Positions 57,301 to 64,000 of a stretch of DNA of 64,000 bases are shown here, in pieces. Each line of letters starts with the position of its first letter. Position 1 is the first letter of the stretch. The notes below the pieces were generated by a model. The model ran no database searches and was not told the DNA's origin. It saw nothing but the letters and a program-made list of their open reading frames with translations. The DNA comes from Bacillota bacterium (GTDB lineage Bacteria; Bacillota; Clostridia; Acetivibrionales; JAEXSP01). Both the position numbers and the translations under genes were made by a program. Location: assembly GCA_023453795.1 (NCBI GenBank), contig JAEXSP010000010.1, forward strand, positions 1 to 64,000, given 5' to 3'.

Positions 57301-57797
57301 TTGAAACAACCTGCAATTTCAACCATTACTCCTCCCACCGGTGCCTGAATTCCATTTGGCAAATTCACTGTTCCACTAATAGATCTCATTATCATAAAAG
57401 CAATATTGATCTGATCAGCGTTGCCATTACTGATATTAACAAGAGGGTTTCCCTGGTTTGAATAGCCTGCTCCCCCGTAAAGGTCTGTATAAGCAGAAAC
57501 ATAATATCCAATATTCGAATCCTGCACTGTTAATGAATAAACTGTCTGGCTTTGACCCTCAGGTATGTTCACCATGATATAGCTCTGCAAATCATCTGAC
57601 TGGTCATTGGGGGTGGCATTATCACAATACGCATTGACAGAAACATTCATTCCGCCTGAAGGTGCCGTAATACCAGCCGGCAGACTGATTGTACCGCTAA
57701 TAACTTTCCCTTGAGAAATATCATCTGCGAAAACATTGATTGTAGCAAATGATACGATTAAGAAAACGCATAACACTAAAGAAATAATCTTCCTCAT
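54393..57797 (-). CDS. Large secreted/surface protein: signal peptide, seven ~110-aa tandem beta-domains, Listeria-Bacteroides-repeat-like domain, three C-terminal Big_2 (bacterial Ig-like) domains
   Basis: Start reassigned to MRKIISLVLCVFLIVSFATINVFA (RBS AAAGGAG). Repeated unit KxISGxVSLPxGxxAPxGG...NGTPDNxQDD occurs seven times. TLTAVPNDGYKFVGWNGD is a Listeria-Bacteroides-repeat-like motif. Big_2-like segments follow (VxKDVTNxxLTxWxSSNxxIAxV). Confidence 0.75.
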   Translation of the reverse strand: MRKIISLVLCVFLIVSFATINVFADDISQGKVISGTISLPAGITAPSGGMNVSVNAYCDNATPNDQSDDLQSYIMVNIPEGQSQTVYSLTVQDSNIGYYVSAYTDLYGGAGYSNQGNPLVNISNGNADQINIAFMIMRSISGTVNLPNGIQAPVGGVMVEIAGCFNNGTPDNRQDDIWYGTRIVIPENQSQTSYTLRIPYLAEKGGCIVEFRGEGYIPTYYTQHGGTQEFSTAEIIDLSAGDRDGINTTLIKGKAISGVVSLPAGETAPSGGVGIDLNADSDNGTPNDWQDDLHAHAYVVVPEGQSQIGYSIAVPGANSLYTLDYHPQGYCSGRYSANGSSLIDVRDGDQTNINITVSRGKIISGTVSLPEGKSAPAGGLSISVNAYCDNATPNDRSDDLQAYTGVYIPEGRSQATYSMTVPDTSVGYYVSAYTDLYGGASYSNMGNPLVNVSSGSADQINIAFTTMKTIKGIVSLPNGDVAPTGGMHVTVEAQFDNGTPENKQDDKWYGTDVMIPEGQSMSQYVLSVPESNIAEECKIDFKTSSYVTTYYNQQGGSTNPNSAEMVDMSNGNRDNISVTLIKGRTISGIISLPTGETAPAGGLIIDLDAYSENGTPDNRQDDLSLRFNAMIPEGQNQTGYIIMVPASNSGYTLHFGTQGYCWGAYHEGSNYLIDLNSGDKTNVDLSFIHGKTISGVVSLPDGITAPAGGVSVRIESSSDNGTPGTWLDDMGNVANVIIPEGQKQAIYSMEVPESVTGFKMICYASGYITTYYTQQGGTTNYGQAGLVDLSDGSKTGINISLETGNALNVTAVNGTITKNSDKAVYIDGEKVTLTAVPNDGYKFVGWNGDAAGNEPVITVTMDGNKNITALFSKIITKAIVKLQIPKVQKDLNLKPGDQIKIDLSAIFSDGSIEKIENAKWETSNMEVATADNGVISAVGFGKAKVTASFSGKKVTLDIDTRLKSLKFEGKGEIKSSPGKSYKPVLKAVFADGTVKDVTNDSLTKWDSSNDAIAKVSDGIVQNQDKPGVAVITAKFGDRSSKFKIDTGVKKLVVSAKGTIKLQHRGNQVVIKVTAVFEDGTEQDVTNNPLTLWSSSNSNIASVKKGIILPGDKSGPAVITAVYGDKSIKVNVSVK
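55400..57704 (-). repeat. Intragenic tandem array: seven ~330-bp repeats encoding the beta-domains of the surface protein. The first four and the following three form two larger super-repeats.
   Basis: Near-identical protein segments (ISGTVSLPAGITAPSGGMNVSVNAYCDNATPNDQSDD... versus ISGTVSLPEGKSAPAGGLSISVNAYCDNATPNDRSDD...) imply DNA-level repeats. The boundaries are approximate. Confidence 0.6.
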
Positions 57798-57822
57798 TTC
57801 ATACACTCCTTTTATATAAATA

Positions 57823-57876
57823 GCGACTACTGTTGTAATCATTAATAGATTACACTAGTAGTCACATGTTTGTCAA
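57823..57876 (-). promoter_or_regulatory. Promoter/operator module 2: TTGACA-16-TGTAAT promoter embedded in nested dyads (ACTACTGTTGTAAT-N9-ATTACACTAGTAGT)
   Basis: Seen directly in the sequence. It sits immediately upstream of the surface-protein gene and is closely similar over ~50 bp to module 1 (shared GTGACTACTNGTGTAAT...AGTAGTC). Confidence 0.5.
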
Positions 57877-57914
57877 TCATTATTATTTATGCAAAGTGAA
57901 ATATAATAAAACTT

Positions 57915-57943
57915 AAAAAAGGCCGGTGATCATCTCACCAGCC
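57915..57943 (-). terminator. Rho-independent terminator of ahcY (GGCTGGTGA-gatga-TCACCGGCC followed by TTTTTT on the minus strand)
   Basis: 9-bp stem with 1 mismatch plus a U6 run, 15 nt after the ahcY stop. Confidence 0.6.
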
Positions 57944-57957
57944 GTAGTTTTACAATC

Positions 57958-59361
57958 TCAATATTTATAATGATCTGCCTTGTATGGACCGTCAACACTG
58001 ACTCCAATGTAATCGGCCTGTTTCTGGGAAAGCTTTGTCAGTTTAACACCGATCTTTTCAAGGTGCAGCCTTGCAACCTCTTCGTCAAGCTTTTTGGGAA
58101 GAATGTAAACCTTGGGTTCATATTTGTCCCTATTTTTCCAAAGGTCAATCTGTGCAAGAGTCTGATTGGAAAAGCTGTTTGACATTACGAAGGAAGGATG
58201 TCCCGTTGCACAACCCAGATTTACAAGTCTGCCTTCCGCCAAAACAAATATTTCATGACCTTCAGGGAAAATATACTTGTCAACCTGTGGTTTAATGTTA
58301 ACCTTTTTTATTCCCTTGTAGCTATTAAGCCTTGCCATTTGTATTTCATCGTCAAAATGTCCGATGTTGCAAACAATAGCCTGATCCTTCATCTTAACCA
58401 TATGTTCAAGTCGAATGATATCTACATTTCCTGTTGTTGTAACATATATATCCCCTATACCGAGCGTATCCTCTACAGTTTTCACTTCATACCCAGCCAT
58501 TGCAGCCTGCAAAGCACATATCGGGTCAACTTCGGTTACAATTACTCTTGCTCCCAGGCCTTGCATGGACTGTGCGCAGCCTTTTCCTACATCACCGTAA
58601 CCGCACACGACTGCTACTTTTCCAGCCACCATTACATCCGTTGCCCTCTTTATGCCATCAACCAGGGACTCTCTGCAGCCGTAAAGGTTATCAAACTTTG
58701 ACTTGGTAACAGAGTCATTGACGTTAATCGCCGGTACAAGGAGTTCCCCTCTTTCCATCATCTGATAGAGTCTGTGAACTCCGGTTGTAGTCTCTTCGGA
58801 AACACCCTTCCATTCCTTTACAACATTGTGCCATTTTTGATTGTCCTTTTTAAGACATTCCTTAAGTAAATTGTTTATGACCTGCAGTTCATGATTGTCT
58901 GTAGCTTCATCCAGCATTTTAGAGTCGCTTTCAGCTTTATAGCCCCTGTGTATGAGTAAGGTAGCATCTCCTCCATCATCAACAATCAACTGCGGGCCAA
59001 GTCCCCCCGGGAATGAAAGTGCCTGTTCCGTACACCACCAATATTCTTCAAGAGATTCACCTTTCCATGCAAATACAGGCACTCCTGCTTTCGCAATTGC
59101 AGCCGCTGCATGGTCTTGAGTCGAAAATATGTTGCAGCTTGCCCATCTTACACTTGCACCAAGGGCAACAAGAGTTTCAATGAGTACTGCAGTTTGTATG
59201 GTCATATGGAGAGAACCGGAAATTCTTACGCCCTTCAAAGGCTGTTCAGGTGCATATTTTTCTCTTATAGCGATCAGTCCGGGCATTTCTTTTTCTGCTA
59301 TTTCAATTTCCTTTCTTCCCCATTCCCATAAGTTTATATCTGCTATTTTGTAGTCCGACAT
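57958..59361 (-). CDS. ahcY: Adenosylhomocysteinase (S-adenosyl-L-homocysteine hydrolase)
   Basis: 467 aa, collinear with SahH. Characteristic N-terminus ([22 protein letters not shown]) and NAD-binding [10 protein letters not shown]. Confidence 0.93.
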   Translation of the reverse strand: MSDYKIADINLWEWGRKEIEIAEKEMPGLIAIREKYAPEQPLKGVRISGSLHMTIQTAVLIETLVALGASVRWASCNIFSTQDHAAAAIAKAGVPVFAWKGESLEEYWWCTEQALSFPGGLGPQLIVDDGGDATLLIHRGYKAESDSKMLDEATDNHELQVINNLLKECLKKDNQKWHNVVKEWKGVSEETTTGVHRLYQMMERGELLVPAINVNDSVTKSKFDNLYGCRESLVDGIKRATDVMVAGKVAVVCGYGDVGKGCAQSMQGLGARVIVTEVDPICALQAAMAGYEVKTVEDTLGIGDIYVTTTGNVDIIRLEHMVKMKDQAIVCNIGHFDDEIQMARLNSYKGIKKVNIKPQVDKYIFPEGHEIFVLAEGRLVNLGCATGHPSFVMSNSFSNQTLAQIDLWKNRDKYEPKVYILPKKLDEEVARLHLEKIGVKLTKLSQKQADYIGVSVDGPYKADHYKY

Positions 59362-59429
59362 AGTCTACCTCCTTGATATTCATTAGCATTATTTTAATCC
59401 ATTGATATAAAAAATATTTTCTATTACTA

Positions 59430-59458
59430 ATTCTATTATCCGCAATCCGATATGTCAA
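59430..59458 (-). promoter_or_regulatory. Candidate sigma-A promoter of ahcY (TTGACA-17-TAGAAT)
   Basis: Minus strand reads TTGACAtatcggattgcggataaTAGAAT, about 70 nt upstream of the ahcY start. Confidence 0.3.
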
Positions 59459-59570
59459 TATTTAGTTGTAATTAAGTGAACTTGATTTACTTTGGATTCA
59501 TTATAGGTTTATTTGATTACACCTTCGCATCCACAATACATTAAAGAATACATTAAAGATTTACGCATCC

Positions 59571-59604
59571 AAAAGGCTGGTATGAGAATCACACCAGCCT
59601 TTTT
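59571..59604. terminator. Bidirectional terminator hairpin (GGCTGGTATGA-gaa-TCACACCAGCC) flanked by A4 and T5 runs
   Basis: 10-bp stem with 1 mismatch, downstream of the 548-aa secreted-protein gene. Sequence-related to the hairpins at 63948 and 57921. Confidence 0.5.
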
Positions 59605-59646
59605 ACTAACATTTAAATTCTATTTTTTAAGCATCTATACTGACTA

Positions 59647-61293
59647 TTACTTAGCCAGAGCATTTTTCTTTGAAATTTTTATTGGACCGTCTTTTATAAA
59701 TATATATGGTGAACCATATGTGCCACCGCCTTTATATGTGCATATAAACTTGATTTCCGTATAGTAGCACCAGCCGTCTTTTGCTTCATAAAGCAACCAT
59801 GTATAATGACTGCTGATTTTTTGCTTTGGAATTCCGAGATCATTCTTATCGATTAACCACTCGGTACCCATTTCACCATCAAGATTAACGAGTTTTATAA
59901 TGCTTTTCAAATTGGTGAATTTATTCTTTACAAGCCCCCTCATTTTTGCATCACTCAATGCAGGGTCCTTATAGACTACGCTCTTCTGTTTGAAGTAATT
60001 AGGAAGCTTCCGAACACTAGCCAGGTTATCTTGAACCTTGCTGACAGCAGCCGCAGACTTCTTTTGTGCCTTGCTTACATCACCTTTAGTCCAATTTATT
60101 ACAAACTCGCCTCTTGCAATATAATTGTCATCCCCATACTCTGATGAAAGCTGAATTCTGACATTGTTTTTACCTGCTTTCAACATAGGATAGATCACAT
60201 TATACCAAGCGTCAAGATTAAGTGCAGTAGCTTTTGTCGGCTCAGGAAGTATTTCAAATGTTATATTCTTACTATTTGAATTGTAGTCTGCCTTTTTAAT
60301 GTAAACATAGGCTTTTGAATCGGTATAATGATTCTCTTTCAAATCAACCGTACATTGAGCATAAAGAGTTACATAGTCTTTACCCTCAATATTAACAGTT
60401 TTTGCTTTTTTACCGAGAGTTGTCTTTATTCCGTTTGGTAAACTAACAGCTGCATATATACTCTCGCTGCCTGTGAAAGCTTTTTTGCTTGCCGCATTAG
60501 AGCTGCTTGAGAACTTAATATTATCCAAAACATTTAATGTTACAACCTGTGCATTTTTACGTGCTTCGTTCAATTCAGCAATGGTTTTGGATATTAATGC
60601 TTTTTTATCCATTGCCGGCTTATAATTTCCAAGGCTTAATAAAATACCATCGTTATAGTAATTAAGATTTTTAAAATAAACTGTTGTGTCTTGAGGATAA
60701 TCATCCTCTTCATTTGAACCTTCGGCTTCACCTGACTGGTCTTTTTCTTTGGCTCTGTTTAATGCTTCTGCGTTTATTTCCTTGTTTTCTTTTTTAACAA
60801 TTTCAATTATTTGCTTAATAGCATCGTCAATTTCACCGCTTAATGTTTTTTCATAGAAATCCTTAAGCTTATCTCCAAAGGTCAATACCTGTTGGTATTT
60901 CGGGTTTATTGTTTCTTCCTCGCCATTATCCTTTGCATACTGGTCCAAAATCTCTTTGACCTTATACTTCGGGTCATTAATAAAAGCAGAAACCTTTTGA
61001 TACTGCAGATAGTTTGAATAGGAATAATAATTCTCCGGAGAAATATTAAAAGCCTTCTCACCTATAACTTTGGAAGAATAATCATTAAAGCTTGTTAATA
61101 GCTGCAACAGCCCTTGAACATAATCCGCATTGTTTACATCAGGAGTTTGATTGAAGAAAGATAGATCGATCACCCAGCTCTTGTCGATTTCAGAGTCTTC
61201 AGCTCTAGCTATCGAACCTCCATACATACCAATTAGTAGATTCAGTACTAAAACCATTGATAATAGCTTGCAAATTGCTTTTCTGTTTAACAT
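59647..61293 (-). CDS. Secreted hypothetical protein (548 aa) with signal peptide
   Basis: Start reassigned to MLNRKAICKLLSMVLVLNLLIGMYGGSIARAE (RBS GGAGG-7-ATG). The mature protein is K/N/E-rich with no recognisable family. AT-rich coding sequence. Confidence 0.6.
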   Translation of the reverse strand: MLNRKAICKLLSMVLVLNLLIGMYGGSIARAEDSEIDKSWVIDLSFFNQTPDVNNADYVQGLLQLLTSFNDYSSKVIGEKAFNISPENYYSYSNYLQYQKVSAFINDPKYKVKEILDQYAKDNGEEETINPKYQQVLTFGDKLKDFYEKTLSGEIDDAIKQIIEIVKKENKEINAEALNRAKEKDQSGEAEGSNEEDDYPQDTTVYFKNLNYYNDGILLSLGNYKPAMDKKALISKTIAELNEARKNAQVVTLNVLDNIKFSSSSNAASKKAFTGSESIYAAVSLPNGIKTTLGKKAKTVNIEGKDYVTLYAQCTVDLKENHYTDSKAYVYIKKADYNSNSKNITFEILPEPTKATALNLDAWYNVIYPMLKAGKNNVRIQLSSEYGDDNYIARGEFVINWTKGDVSKAQKKSAAAVSKVQDNLASVRKLPNYFKQKSVVYKDPALSDAKMRGLVKNKFTNLKSIIKLVNLDGEMGTEWLIDKNDLGIPKQKISSHYTWLLYEAKDGWCYYTEIKFICTYKGGGTYGSPYIFIKDGPIKISKKNALAK

Positions 61294-61537
61294 TTTGTTC
61301 CTCCTTATGTAGTTATTATTGTCATTTAATTCTACCATTCAAATAGATTCATATCAACCAAATTCTTCATATCTCGACAATAATCATCATAATTTGACAA
61401 ATGCAGTTATTTAGAATTTTATTTATATTGGAAGAAAAATTGTTGTGCATCATAGAAACTTGTCAAATTATGAATTTAATGGTAAAATCGTTAATAATGC
61501 TTTAGTACATGCACTTTTTGAGTAAAAGGAGGGCTCT

Positions 61538-62596
61538 ATGGACAGCAATATCCTGCCTATCAAACAGCCTTTGATTTATGGATATCTTTACTATGCTTAT
61601 CCCTTATCCATTATTGAATGTTATGAAGAATGCAAGGATTGGTTCTATAGCAATTATATACAACTTTACTCAGTCGATGATTTTAAACGTACAATTAGTT
61701 TTAGTTTTTTTACACCCGGATCCTTTTTAGGTGGATTCGATGCTGTTAGTTATCCTGCTGTACCGTGGCTGGAATATCGCGCAATTGATAAGGAAGTATT
61801 ATCATCCTGCAAGGTCGACATCCATGATTTTGTTTGCAGCAATATTGATAATGGCTACTATGTCTACATTGCCGACTTTGATGATTATTACCTGCCTCAA
61901 AGAAGAGCCTATCAAAATTCGCATTTCGCGCATGATATTCTTATACATGGGTATGATAAGGCTAATAGGGAATACCATATTTCCGGCTTTAATGAGAGGT
62001 TATTTTATAGTTTTACAAAAGTCGATTTTGAAAACTTCGTTAATGCATATCGTTATTCCGAAAACCATAGGGACTACGAAAGTACAGATAATATTTCACT
62101 GATAAGGTTATTTAAAAAAAGGTCGGACATAGATTATAAATTTGATATTAATCTTGTTCTCACCCTGATGGACGAATATGTAAACTCAAAGAATTCTTTC
62201 AACCGCTTCAGAGAATTTAAAAACCCTTATAGCGATTTAAGATTCGGCTTGGATTCATACGACTCATTAATTTATTATTTTAATTTGCTGATAAACCAAG
62301 AGGTTAATTCAGATCTACGGCCGTTGCATGTTCTCTGGGAACACAAATTATGCATGGTAAATAGGATTAAATTTATGCAGCAAAGAAACTACTTTGCAAA
62401 TATGCCTACCTTATTTGACGATTACAAGCGTATAGAACAAAAAATACTATTATTACGTAATGCTTTGACGAAATATTCTCGTTCCCATGATAAAAATGCA
62501 AACACACTTCACATGATTATAAATAATTTAAACGAAATAAGAAATATCGAAGGAGAAACTATAAACCAAATGATTTATAATCTTCAAATTGGATAA
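61538..62596 (+). CDS. Hypothetical protein (352 aa), unknown function
   Basis: RBS AAAGGAGGgctctATG. Y/F/N-rich with no family recognised. It contains a Cys (IIECYEEC) and a His cluster (SHFAHDILIHGYD). Confidence 0.6.
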   Translation: MDSNILPIKQPLIYGYLYYAYPLSIIECYEECKDWFYSNYIQLYSVDDFKRTISFSFFTPGSFLGGFDAVSYPAVPWLEYRAIDKEVLSSCKVDIHDFVCSNIDNGYYVYIADFDDYYLPQRRAYQNSHFAHDILIHGYDKANREYHISGFNERLFYSFTKVDFENFVNAYRYSENHRDYESTDNISLIRLFKKRSDIDYKFDINLVLTLMDEYVNSKNSFNRFREFKNPYSDLRFGLDSYDSLIYYFNLLINQEVNSDLRPLHVLWEHKLCMVNRIKFMQQRNYFANMPTLFDDYKRIEQKILLLRNALTKYSRSHDKNANTLHMIINNLNEIRNIEGETINQMIYNLQIG

Positions 62597-62627
62597 CCTG
62601 AATCCCAATAAAAATTATGGGAATGCT

Positions 62628-63821
62628 TTAATTTACCCGAACACCAAAACGCTTTGGGATTAGATAATCCTCATACTCCTTGTTAAAATAATCGTCTGTC
62701 ATTCCGGCTATAAAATCAAGAACTATCCTCTCATTTTTGGTATTTTCTCTATAGCTAATGTTCATATTGTTTAAAAAGTCTGCAAATATGGAAGAGGAAC
62801 TATTATTGTTATTTAAATCCTCAAAGTATTTTTTAAATAGAGTAGTAAAGGAACTTTTGATTTTATAATCTTGAGTTGTCTTTTTAGGATTGAAATAGAT
62901 ATTTTCGTAGTTAAATTTCTTAAGTTTTTCCAGCGCCATAAAAACACTTTCAGAAAAGACTATACATCCCTTATTATAGCTATTGTTGATAACATCAATA
63001 ATTAAGTTATTAACTATTTCTCGATTGTTATTTCCAAGTACCTCAACGATATCGCCCGGGATATCCTCTCTTTTTATTAAATTTACTGCTATAGCGTCCT
63101 CAATATCTCTGCCGATATATGCAATAACGTCGGAAATCCTCATAACGCATCCCTCTAATGTCATCGGCTTGATTTGTCTGTCAAACTTTTCAATGTTCCA
63201 GCAGCTGGAGTATTCACTAATAAAATCATCCCAGCTCTTGTTCTTTTGAGGCTCATATACCTGATTTATCATTTCTCCATTATGGCATAGTATTCCATCT
63301 AAAACCTGAAGTGTCAGATTTAGTCCTTCCCCAAACTGCTCAAGCTCCATAAGTGCGCGTACACTTTGCGCATTGTGGCAGAAATACCCGATACCGTATT
63401 CTTTACATATTTCATTCAAGTACCTTTCTCCATCGTGCCCATAGGGAACATGTCCTATATCATGGCCCAATGACATAGCTTCAATCAGATCTTCATTCAA
63501 TTTCAAGAACCTGCCTATTGTGCGTGCAATTTTTGAAACTAGCTGAACATGCAATACTCTATGCGTAATATGGTCATTATCAAACAGAAAAAATGCTTGA
63601 GTTTTATCAATATAGCGAGTATAAGCTAATGAATGCAGTATCCTGTCAGTATCATGAAAGTAAGTTTGTCTTATATTTTGTTTATCAGAAATCATTTCTT
63701 TATCCGGGTATCTTCTTACCCCCCTGTTGCTTTTACATGCATAAGGAGAAAAAGTTTTATATTCCCTTGATAGATTATTTTCTAGTATTTCTGCAGCTAT
63801 TGAAGTAATAATCTCCGGCAT
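62628..63821 (-). CDS. dGTP-triphosphohydrolase-family HD-domain protein (Dgt-like, short form)
   Basis: N-terminal Dgt signature (SPYACKS...YFHDTDRILHSLAYTRYIDKTQAF; consensus F-RDRDRIIHS-AFRRL--KTQV) and HD motif LGHDIGHVPYGHDGE. Length is 397 aa. Confidence 0.8.
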   Translation of the reverse strand: MPEIITSIAAEILENNLSREYKTFSPYACKSNRGVRRYPDKEMISDKQNIRQTYFHDTDRILHSLAYTRYIDKTQAFFLFDNDHITHRVLHVQLVSKIARTIGRFLKLNEDLIEAMSLGHDIGHVPYGHDGERYLNEICKEYGIGYFCHNAQSVRALMELEQFGEGLNLTLQVLDGILCHNGEMINQVYEPQKNKSWDDFISEYSSCWNIEKFDRQIKPMTLEGCVMRISDVIAYIGRDIEDAIAVNLIKREDIPGDIVEVLGNNNREIVNNLIIDVINNSYNKGCIVFSESVFMALEKLKKFNYENIYFNPKKTTQDYKIKSSFTTLFKKYFEDLNNNNSSSSIFADFLNNMNISYRENTKNERIVLDFIAGMTDDYFNKEYEDYLIPKRFGVRVN

Positions 63822-63942
63822 CTTGCACCCTCCGATAATGTACTCTCATATTTAGTATCATGTTAACATATTGTTGAATTATTGGAAATACTAAAATTTT
63901 AGTATTGTGTACGGTTAATGATATTAACCCTTTCTTGTTTGC

Positions 63943-63973
63943 AAAAAGGCTGGTGTGAGCATTACACCAGTCC
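63943..63973 (-). terminator. Terminator-like hairpin (GGACTGGTGTAATGCTCACACCAGCC followed by TTTTT on the minus strand)
   Basis: 9-bp stem with 1 mismatch and a U-run on the minus strand. It would terminate a minus-strand gene lying beyond the window end. Paralogous to the hairpin at 59575. Confidence 0.4.
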
Positions 63974-64000
63974 CGGCCCCAATTTGGTACCAATAGTACA

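Noticed and set aside
63775-63993. 72-aa minus-strand ORF at the window end.
   Set aside because: It overlaps the dGTPase-like gene start and a terminator hairpin, with no RBS.
1-64000. Searched for rRNA, tRNA, CRISPR arrays and IS/transposase genes.
   Set aside because: No tRNA-like T-arm/anticodon-arm patterns, no regularly spaced short repeats and no transposase-like ORFs were seen. The only repeats are the short REP-like hairpin families reported above.

Overview
The window is low-GC Firmicutes (clostridial) DNA. A type-I dockerin protein and a SpoVB-like gene place it in a cellulosome-producing, spore-forming Clostridia genome (Acetivibrio/Ruminiclostridium-like). This placement is an inference from the sequence, with no database search. 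The window is gene-dense, with roughly 45 protein genes and many convergent or tandem operons ending in clear rho-independent terminators. In coordinate order it contains: a CUT2-type sugar ABC transporter operon; a PAS-LuxR regulator; an N-terminal-dockerin/Fn3/LamG cellulosomal protein; YjbQ; a PMCA-type Ca2+ P-type ATPase; a flotillin/SPFH protein; a giant (2918 aa) GT84+GH94 cyclic beta-1,2-glucan-synthase-like gene, divergent from an ECF-sigma/anti-sigma/ABC operon; a MarR-MFS-MFS operon; a papain-like C1 peptidase; SpoVB-like; several ABC exporters; a DUF559 endonuclease gene bracketed by 47-bp direct repeats; a YtrA-type GntR/ABC operon; an NAD-salvage operon (NrtR-like Nudix, pncA, pncB) extended by an ADP-ribosylglycohydrolase and an unknown 690-aa methyltransferase-fusion protein; a BlaI/BlaR1-like pair with a non-canonical sensor domain; a 1134-aa repeat-rich surface protein; ahcY; and an AT-rich terminal block with a dGTPase-family HD protein and two unknown proteins. 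No rRNA, tRNA, CRISPR array or transposase was recognised. The most unusual points are four. First, a ~55-bp nested-dyad promoter/operator module occurs twice (upstream of the NAD-salvage/ARH/methyltransferase operon and upstream of the surface-protein gene), flanking the BlaI/BlaR1-like pair. Second, the DUF559 cassette sits between 47-bp direct repeats, with a third diverged copy elsewhere. Third, two terminator hairpins show compensatory base changes and bracket two small ORFs. Fourth, a long structured leader with an internal terminator precedes an ABC-2 transporter operon.
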